Source: Priapulus caudatus
Taxonomy: Eukaryota
NCBI RefSeq assembly: GCF_000485595.1
Contig: NW_014577090.1
Coordinates: 476,732-522,383 of the forward strand
Direction: 5' to 3'
Length of the DNA stretch: 45,652 nucleotides
Part shown: one piece after another, positions 36,485 to 45,652 of the stretch
Layout: each line of letters begins with the position of its first letter
Position numbering within the stretch: the first letter of the stretch is position 1
Notes under the pieces: generated by a model
What the model was told of the DNA's origin: nothing
Seen by the model: the letters and a program-made list of their open reading frames with translations, nothing else
Database searches by the model: none
Translations under genes and position numbers: made by a program

Positions 36485-38226
36485 GTGTGTGTGTGTGTGT
36501 GTGCGTGTGTGTGTGTGTGTAATTCTGTTATGTAACGTTGCGCTATCCTAAAGCTATGAGTCCACTCATCTAACACAGTGCATGTGTGTCAACCTCTACC
36601 TCACACACGCGCGCACGCGCGCACGCGCGCACACGCGCATACACGGAAACTGCTTACTCCTGCAATTTGATCGACGAGTGAGAAAATACGGCTTCATAAC
36701 TCGAAATGAATTTGACTATTAGCTCTCTAGCGGGAAAATTGAAAACTGATACACGGTTGCACCGATATTTTACGGTAATTCTGATACGTAATTTACAGAA
36801 AATGTGCCCGCCGTGTGAGCTTTAATCATTATCGTTTCGTTGACGTTTCTGAAAGAATAAATACGAGGTTTGTTTTCATAATCCATGAATATAAACGGTT
36901 GAAATTATACACTAAAGCAACTCAAGTGTAGGTGTTTGGTACGAGATAACACATGAGAAAGGTTGATTTGATAATTTGCTGCCACCAGGAGTATCCAATT
37001 GATATATTGTGTCGTCGTGGAAATAGTAACATGCTCTGAAGCGAAAATGGTGAAGAAACATCAATTAGGGAATTCTGCTCACGAATTATTTTCGTATCAT
37101 TCTGAATTACACTTTGTGTTCGTAACGCCACGCTGGAAACTCCGGGGGCGTGTCCGATCGAATTTCGCTGTTTGGTGTTGATATGATTTTTTTGCCATAG
37201 AATCGAGAAATAATCCCAAAAGGGGTTATCCAAGTGTAATTGGTGGCATAATAGGCCTATTATCTAACACGCAGCTATTACTTTAGAATTTTTTTTCTTC
37301 AAATTATTCAGAGATAATTACTTTAATGCGTGGGAATGAACACATGATTGCTCATGCGGGAGGTGTGTGAGCGGGCGTGCTGTTCCTGCGTGCCTGCGTG
37401 CCTGCGTGCCTGCGTGCGCGTTCCCATGTGAATTTTGCTACCAAGTCGCTTTGTGTTCAAGATTATATATTTTAAGTACTAGTTAACCGCCTCTGACGCC
37501 TCTCGATTACGGTCTCTCGATCTTTTCCTTCTCCCTGCCCACTCCTCGCTCTGTCGCTGACGCCCCTTCTTCATCTTTTGCTCATAACGCTTTTTTTTTT
37601 TTTTACTATAGCTAACCCACCATCTCTCATTCAGTTCCGGTTTCAAAATATGGACACCGTACGAGAATTGGTAAATTATCCGATTCGCGATGTTTCGTCA
37701 AAATTATCTATAGTTGCTCACCACAATATTCGACAGGTGTTGTCAAATATTCTCGACAGAAGCCTGCGATGGCGAACTGGTGCAAAAAACCTGGAACGGA
37801 AGAAACAAGGAAGAGTATGAATTAATTACTGCACTAAAATGATACAAATGACAGGGGGAAATTACGTATCTACAGCGGGATACCGCCATGTATGGACAAC
37901 GCAATCTGGAAGTGGGTTAGGGTTAGGGTGACTATATCGCTGACTTTGCCGCTATATATGGGCGCAAAACAACAATTCTATGGGCAAACTATTTTCATTC
38001 AAAGTCACTTAAACTAATTAAAAGATGCCTTTGCAATTTCCGTGTTCATTCTTCTAGAGCGTAGATACCATGAACAATAATTACGTCATTACATACGGAT
38101 GGAAGCTCTGATAATTCGTGCACCTATACGCCTGCTCACAGCTACACAAATACATGAACGTTATTAGACACAGGTTTACGTAGGTTAGTACTAATAATAA
38201 TTATAGTAATATACTGCGTGTGTGCG

Positions 38227-38258
<32 letters not shown>

Positions 38259-38645
38259 TGCGTAGCGGTAGCGGCTGGGTAGTGTGTGCTGTGTGTGTGT
38301 GGTGTGTGTGTGTGTGTTGTGGTGTATCGTAGGTGTGTATGTGTGTATATGTGTGTATATATGTGTGTGTATGTATATGTGTGCGTGAGTGTGTACGCCA
38401 ACATAACATGTACATGGGTTATATAACGGATTGAATATACTTGAATATATACAGTATGAGATTTATATTGGAGATAAATAAGAGTGATGGTAACGTGCCA
38501 TATCAATCGTAGAAGTATACAACGAGCGTGCGATATATTCCGTGAGAGGCAGCTATCGAGCCGTGCGGTACCTACCCGATGTAAACGAATGCTCTGTTGT
38601 TCTCTGACGTCACGGTCCGACGACGCAGGCGAGCTGCCGTTCACC

Positions 38646-39007
38646 NNNNNNNNNNNNNNNNNNNNNNNNNNNNNNNNNNNNNNNNNNNNNNNNNNNNNNN
38701 NNNNNNNNNNNNNNNNNNNNNNNNNNNNNNNNNNNNNNNNNNNNNNNNNNNNNNNNNNNNNNNNNNNNNNNNNNNNNNNNNNNNNNNNNNNNNNNNNNNN
38801 NNNNNNNNNNNNNNNNNNNNNNNNNNNNNNNNNNNNNNNNNNNNNNNNNNNNNNNNNNNNNNNNNNNNNNNNNNNNNNNNNNNNNNNNNNNNNNNNNNNN
38901 NNNNNNNNNNNNNNNNNNNNNNNNNNNNNNNNNNNNNNNNNNNNNNNNNNNNNNNNNNNNNNNNNNNNNNNNNNNNNNNNNNNNNNNNNNNNNNNNNNNN
39001 NNNNNNN
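38646..39007. other. Assembly gap
   Basis: Run of N; sequence near 38333-38450 is repeated at about 39013-39125. Confidence 1.
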
Positions 39008-39729
39008 TGTGTGTGTGTGTATGTGTGTATATGTGTGTATATATGTGTGTGTATGTATATGTGTGCGTGAGTGTGTACGCCAACATAACATGTACATGGG
39101 TATAGATTGAATATATTGAATATATACATATATTTATGTATATGTGTACGTGCCTTCATCGTGTGTGTTCGCGCGTGCGTATTCGTGAGAGCATGAGCGT
39201 GCGTACCTACGTGTGTGTGCTTAGTGTAACATCATATCTCACTAATCAGTTGGGTTGTATGGTAGTTTTGCCATTTTTGTCCTGTTAGTTAACTAATTCT
39301 GCGAAATATTAGCATGACGATCGTATTTCATGCTCTGCCTCATGACAAAAACAGATTATTGACTCATATAATATATATGCAGCTGTAAGCGAATGATAAT
39401 AACTCGATAACAATCTGTCCCGAAATACCTGCAGCTAAACATATATCCCGAAATTGCACCACATAGCGGGGTTTATCAACTTTCCGGCTTGCATTACTCT
39501 TACTAGCTGTTATTCCCCCGTGGAAACTACGTCAAGAAATTAATGTATTATTAGCTTCACATTACATTCATCACAAGAGTAGATAATAACACATTATTGT
39601 TTGTTAATCGTGATGTATAATGATATATCGTATGTATAATGATGTTGTACATCATTGTTATTAATTGTGTTATTAACTACTCTTGATTCATCAGAACAGA
39701 TGTCATGTTGAGCATCGCTATACTAATGC

Positions 39730-39794
39730 CAGGAGTAGATAATAGAAGATAATAGAAGATAATAGAAGATAATATCTTCTATTATCTACTCCTG
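39730..39794. mobile_element. Hairpin micro-MITE, CAGGAGTAGATAATAG family
   Basis: caggagtagataatagaagat / atcttctattatctactcctg perfect inverted repeat; internal (aatagaagat)x3; flanks ctaatgc / ctgatgc. Confidence 0.75.
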
Positions 39795-40210
39795 CTGATG
39801 CTGATAGGCAATGGAGAACTGTTTCCGTGGATCGCTGTGTCATTAATAATGATGCATACCTGCTACCATTGACGTATATAAATAAAAAAATAAAAAAATA
39901 AATAAATGCATGAATAAATAAATAAATAAATAAATAAATACATAAATAAATAAATAATGTATATTATTACAACTGTCATATGGAGAATAATATAGCTCAG
40001 CTAAACTCGGCTGTGCACGTCTACAGCAATGACGCTACTATCAACATCCTGGCTCGATTATAAATCTGTTTCTTAGGTAAATAATTGATTAGCTCGCGAG
40101 AGAAGGCAGACGTAATTGCCCTAGCTGCTCTGCCGCCGGAAGGAAGACTGGACCTCGTTCTGACAGAGATTAATGCGCGGCGGGTGCACATTTGTTGTCA
40201 CGCGGTACTC

Positions 40211-40792
40211 GCATCACAGCATCACAGCCTCACAGCCTCACAGCCTCACAGCCTCACAGCCTCACAGCCTCACAGCCTCACAGCCTCACAGCCTCACAAC
40301 CTCACAGCATCACAGCCTCACAGCCTCACAGCCTCACAGCCTCACAGCATCACAGCCTCACAGCATCACAGCCTCACAGCCTCACAGCCACACAGCCACA
40401 CAGCCTCACAGCCTCACAGCATTACAGCCTCACAGCCTGACAGCCTTACATACTCACAGCCTCACAGCCTCACAGTATTACAGCCCACAGCATCACAGCC
40501 TCACAGCCTCACAGCATCACAGCATCACAGCATCACAGCCTCACAGCCTCACAGCCTCACAGCCTCACAGCCTCACAGCATCACAGCATCACAGCCTCAC
40601 AGCCTCACAGCCTCACAGCCTCACAGCATCACAGCATCACAGCCTCACAGCATCACAGCCTCACAGCTCACAGCCATTCACAGCCTCACAGACTCACAGC
40701 GCTCACAGCCTCACAGCATCCAGCCAATCACAGCGTTCACAGCTACGCCTCACGCCTCACAGTACAGCTCACAGCTCACAGCCACACAGCAC
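40211..40792. repeat. 8-bp satellite (CACAGCCT/CACAGCAT)n, followed by CA-rich DNA to about 41260
   Basis: Direct reading; generates the SQPHSLTA ORFs in all three frames. Confidence 0.95.
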
Positions 40793-40873
40793 TCACACAC
40801 AACAACACACACAGACACACACACACACACACCCACACACAACACAAGACAAACAATGCATGCACACAACACA

Positions 40874-40926
<53 letters not shown>

Positions 40927-41145
40927 AACAAGCAAGCAAACAAACAAACAAACACGTACACACGTACACACCCGCGCCCACACACACACATGCGCGCACA
41001 CAAACGCACTCACACACACACTCACTCACACATACACACATATGCGCTCACGCACGCTCACACATGCGCACACACATGCTCACATTTACATAGACGCACA
41101 CGCGCACGCACGCCTACGCAGACACACACACGCGCGCACACGCAG

Positions 41146-41203
<58 letters not shown>

Positions 41204-41546
41204 GCGCGCACACGCAGACGTACACACATGCCCGCACGCACACACAGACGCACACACACACGTACAGTCTGAGAGCCACACAGTCTCAAATTAACGTTGC
41301 GTACCATCTCGCGAGATTCTGGCGATGTTTTCGCAAAACTCGTGTGTTCTCTCCTTTGGCTACCATTAGCGAAGCTGTTGCACAGCGAATATGGCTAAGA
41401 TGATTCTATTATCATAAACTCTGTATCTTATTAACTTTAGCTAACGTTAAATGATTAATTAACTAGCTATAAGTGATGGAGCGGCTTAGTTTAAGTGGCG
41501 AAAATTTGCTTGATTTTACGTGTCAGAGTGACTAGTTTCAACTGTT

Positions 41547-42349
41547 GGCTTTGGTCACACATTCAGGATTTTTACTGCCGTCCTTGATAGGACCATTCCC
41601 GATTAAAATTTGTCAAAAGTCTGATCAAGATTCTGTGATTCGTGGCGGGAAATTCAAACTTTATTAAAAATTTGTAAAAACATTTATTTAATCACGACAA
41701 CAATCAGATATTGTTCAGGAAGCGTCCCGATTCAGCCGTTTTCTGCCGAATTCGTCTCGATTCTCCAGTTCTCAATCCGATTCTGATCCGATTTGTAGCT
41801 TTCGCATGGTAAAAAACGACCAAATCTGTCCGGACAGCGTCCCGATTCTCCCGAATTCGATCCGACAGAGATCAGACAGTGACCCGACAGTGAACCGACG
41901 CTGACGGAATGGATTGGACGCAATCTGGACTCAATCGGCAAGAAACGGCAATGAAAAATTTCTCCAGATCATGCCCGTTCATCACGACAGCGTCCCGATC
42001 CACAGGACACCGTCCAGACACCGTCCAGTCAACACAGGACATTGTTACGATTTTGATCCGATACAGCAGAATCTGTCACGACATAGTCACGATTGTAATC
42101 CGACTAGACAAAATCGGCTGAGTTTCCCGAGTGTTACGGGACGCACCTAACTGTCGGGAGTGCTTGGCCGACCTCTCCGGACCATTCCCGATCCGTAGGA
42201 CTCTGTTACGAACGTATACGACTGCGTTCAGACAATGATAGGACATTCCAGATCATTGAGGATAGTAATCCGACTTTTTCACTTTTCGTGTCGTAGCGCT
42301 GTCTGATCTCAAACGGGAGCCATAATCGGCACTGTGTGAACGCCGCATT
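41547..42349. mobile_element. Possible non-autonomous DNA transposon inserted in the 22-bp minisatellite
   Basis: Ends ggctttggtcacaca and tgtgtgaacgccgca are weak inverted repeats; interior rich in tcccga/ccgat motifs; 22-bp minisatellite units lie on both sides. Confidence 0.45.
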
Positions 42350-43130
42350 AGAGCGGCTAGCATTAACTGCTAGAGCGGTTACATTTAACTGATATATGTG
42401 CTTAACTTTAACTGTCATAGTCATTATATGTATTATATAACTGTTAGTCTGGTTATGTTTCACTGTTCAGAGCCGTAGCTAACCCATTTTGTCTGCGGGG
42501 CAGAGCCACGTAGGTGGTGTGTTCTGGGAAGGTGACCGTCATTGACCATGTATTGTATCATATGGACCATGTATTGTAATATATATTTTTTTCGGGGGGC
42601 AACTGCCCCTTGCCCCTGGCGCTAGCTACGGCTCTGGTGTTAGAGTGGTTAGGATTAACTGTTAGAGTGGCTAACTATAACTGTTACAGTGGCTACCTTT
42701 AACTGTTAGAGTGGCTAGCTTTAGCTGTTAGAGTGGCTAGCTTTAACTGATGAAGTGGCTACCTTTAACTGTTAGAGTGGCTGGCTTTAACTGTTGAGGT
42801 GGTTAGCTTTAACTGTTACAGTAGCTTGCTCTAACTGTTAGAGTGGCTAGCTATAACTGTTACAGTGGTTAGCTTTAGCTGTTATAGGGGTTAGCTTTAA
42901 CTGTTATATTAGCTAGCTTTAATTGTTATAGTGGCTAGCTGTAACTGTTATATTAGCTAGCTTTAACTGTTACAGTGGCTGGCTTTAGCTGTTAGAGTGG
43001 CTAGCTCTAACTGTTAGAGTGGCTAACTTTAACTGTTAGAGTGGCTAGCTCGATCTATTTGCCAGATTTAACAGTTAGAATGGTTATCTTCAACTGTTAG
43101 ATTGGCTAGCTTTAACTGTTACAGTGGTTA
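42350..43130. repeat. 22-bp minisatellite (aactgttagagtggctagcttt)n
   Basis: About 20 well-conserved copies from 42637 to 43130, with degenerate copies at 42350-42467 and near 41520-41546. Confidence 0.92.
42468..42636. mobile_element. MITE with perfect 14-bp TIRs
   Basis: cagagccgtagcta / tagctacggctctg; flanks ctgtt / gtgtt; interrupts a minisatellite unit. Confidence 0.8.
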
Positions 43131-44174
43131 AGTGGAAACCGGCAACGTATTTTAGGTTAGCTTGTCAGCGGCGCTCGGGTAACGTCTAATAGAGAACGCC
43201 CTACAGCGCAAGTTTCGTTTTGCGACGACAAACGTATTTGCCAATTAGAATTAAACGACGAGCACGTCCCTATATTTAGCACGCCATGTTGCCGTGGCCG
43301 GGTGCTGGGTGTTTTAGCTATATAGCCACTTTTATTCGCTGCAGATGTGGATGTTGACCGCAGAGACTATCGGTTACACGGAGCCGAAGAAGAATCTAGG
43401 CGAACACACAAATCGGCATGTTTCTCTCTTTCTCCAAGTGCACTTCCTCTCCGTCCCGCACGCACCTATGCACGCACGCACACAAGCACGCGCATTCACG
43501 CACGTTGGCACGCACGTACGTTTGGATGATGACGTAGGTGTGCACATAGGCAGCGCAGGCTGCGCAGCTCTGTGTACGTATTTGCTCATACGTACACGCG
43601 TTCGCTGCGGTATCTCTAATACGTAATGATAATCCCTTAATATGCAAATGTTGTGTGCACTTAAAGAATTAGCACAGTTTAATTATTATTATTATTATTA
43701 GTAGTATTATTATTATTATTATTAAAGAATTATCACGGTGACATTCTTTTCTTTAGCAGCGGTGGTACGTGATAGCTTATATTTAAGGAGAAGTCGGCGA
43801 ATTAAGAACCCCCCAGCTCAGCTACGTTGCTTCAGCAGCTGCTTTTCTTCCGCATGTGCGACACTGATTAGAAATTACGATTGAACTGCATACTGTCTCA
43901 GCCCGATGTTATTTCGCTGATAAAAATTAAATTTCACTGTTTAATATGTAATCGCGCGTAGAAGTGTAAGAGTCATTAAATAACTTAGTATTTAAGTACT
44001 TTATACTTACAGTATAATATCTGTTTGATATTCCACGAGCTACACGGTTTTACTCGCGCCAAGCATATTATGCAGACGCACGCTCGCACGCATGTACGCA
44101 CGCATGCACGCACGCACGCACATACGCACGAACGCATGATCGCATGAGGGTATGACCGTGGTAACTACGACGTA

Positions 44175-44394
44175 ATTATATCATATTATATCATATTATA
44201 TCATATTATATTATATTATATTATATTATATTATATTATATTATATTATATTATATTATATTATATTATATTATATTATATTATATTATATTATAATATA
44301 TTAGATTATATTAGATTATATTAGATTATATTATACTATATTATATTATATTATATTATATTATATTATTAAATTATTAAATTATTATATTATA
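44175..44394. repeat. (ATATT)n pentanucleotide microsatellite
   Basis: Direct reading of the tandem units. Confidence 0.95.
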
Positions 44395-45181
44395 CTAGCC
44401 TGGTACCTGGCGTTGCTCGGGGGGAAACGCTTAGAAACAACGTAGCAAATTCAGTCACATATACTTACTTAATTATAAAATATGTTCACCCCCCCCCCCC
44501 CTTCACCCATACGATCCCCATCAGAAAGGAAACAGAAACGTACTGGATTCACAATCCAAACACTATCCAGCCACACGGACTCAATCTACGGGTAGAGAAT
44601 CCGGGTGGATAGAAGACAGTAATCACCCTCCCACCAGCATGGTATACACGCAATGCTAATTATCAGCCGACACTCTAGGGTAGCAGGTGGCTCGGTTTAC
44701 ATTTTTACAACCTTTTTTACTTCATTCTAAGAATAGATTCGTAACAGAGAAACAAACAATAAGAAATATTCTGACAAAAACAGTTCGAACGATTCTATGA
44801 TTCTGTGTAGTCAAACCTTCTGGATATACAACATTGTTATGAAATTGCGCCAAGTCATTATGAATATGCCGCTCTGGCTTTGCAAGCCTCGTCTCGCCTT
44901 TTAAATACACAATTGGTGACATCTGTCACCACGTGTGTCTCTTATCATTGGGATTCGCTTTACATCAAAATAATACATGAAAACTAAACTAAACTAAATG
45001 CATAGATTAATAAACTAAACCCGTCAATATAGCACGGTATCAGTTCAGGGTCACTTTTATAGTAAAATAATGAGCAGATTTAAAAAAATAAATATTTCTC
45101 CAAACGTATAGATATTACCTCATTTGAACCAAATTATTTGGTCAATTTGGCAGAGTTCTGCACCAGTGAAGTTACTATAGA
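44395..45181 (-). mobile_element. Probable non-autonomous Helitron
   Basis: Minus strand begins A|TCTATAGTAA (45181) and ends cccgagcaacgccaggtaccaggCTAG|T (44395): 5'-TC, imperfect GC-rich subterminal hairpin, 3'-CTAG, insertion between A and T, no TSD. The 5' boundary is less certain. Confidence 0.55.
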
Positions 45182-45652
45182 TGACATACATGAAAAAAGA
45201 TGAATAGCACCTGATTTTAACAAACTTAATTCTTTATACCATTATATCAAGAGCGTATAAAGAAGGAGAGCGTACAACGGTGAAATGGTGAAACCATGTT
45301 GCAGAATTTTACTCGAATGTAAGACAGCTTTTTAAAGAGACATACAAATGACGGCGCAGCACATATTTAATATGTATTCAACAAGTGAGCGACCGAATAG
45401 GGAACCCCATTGGATCACTATTCAATTAGACGTTGTTTTATAGAAATAAGGAACCAAGAATTACTGTCTGTCAGTCAATATTTTACTTAATCTGTATAAC
45501 GAATATAGTATATAAGAATGTAGTTAACGCAATATAATAGCGAAAATAATATATATAGCTATTTTTTAAGATAGATGCTGGCAAGCCGCGCCATTTGCCA
45601 CTGGCTAATGCACATCACAAGTTCCAACGATGGCGGTCCGTAAGTTGTAGTT

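Noticed and set aside
37913..37928. gggttagggttaggg telomere-like repeat
   Set aside because: Only about 2.5 units; too short to call an interstitial telomere.
38333..39125. Duplicated sequence either side of the second gap
   Set aside because: Most likely overlapping contig ends or haplotypes at the scaffold join.
40085..41093. 280-306 aa SQPHSLTA-repeat ORFs resembling ice-nucleation or mucin-like proteins
   Set aside because: An 8-bp DNA unit gives the same octapeptide in all three frames, with no synonymous variation.
43330..43626. Plus-strand acceptor-like tttttattcgctgcag followed by short ORFs
   Set aside because: No recognisable homology, runs into low-complexity sequence, and no partner exons.

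Overview
Repeat-rich draft-assembly DNA (two N gaps) from an invertebrate animal, probably a protostome; it is not prokaryotic. Two complete protein-coding genes are supported, both on the minus strand. (1) A three-exon peripherin-2/RDS/ROM1-type tetraspanin (CDS 9477-8923, 6026-5922, 5554-5117; 365 aa; two phase-0 GT-AG introns). (2) An intronless allatostatin-C/somatostatin-type class A GPCR (17571-16354; 405 aa). A third, unidentified gene probably begins near 2640 (promoter motifs, then a 50-codon first exon ending in CAG|GTAAGC). Intron 1 of the tetraspanin holds a decayed Penelope-like retroelement (RT + Cys linker + GIY-YIG) with inverted pseudo-LTRs and two smaller fold-back remnants of related ends, all in (TA)n tracts. 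Together these carry four minimal hammerhead-ribozyme motifs, one of which looks intact and lies in the sense of the host pre-mRNA. Also present: a 5'-truncated CR1-type LINE, a probable non-autonomous Helitron, several MITE families, minisatellites (one carrying five perfect TGACGTCA CRE sites upstream of the GPCR) and many microsatellites. Most ORFs in the supplied track are repeat artefacts. I found no clearly new multi-gene system; the best leads are the intronic hammerhead cluster, the EPIYA-bearing peripherin homolog lacking the C150 equivalent, and the CRE array.
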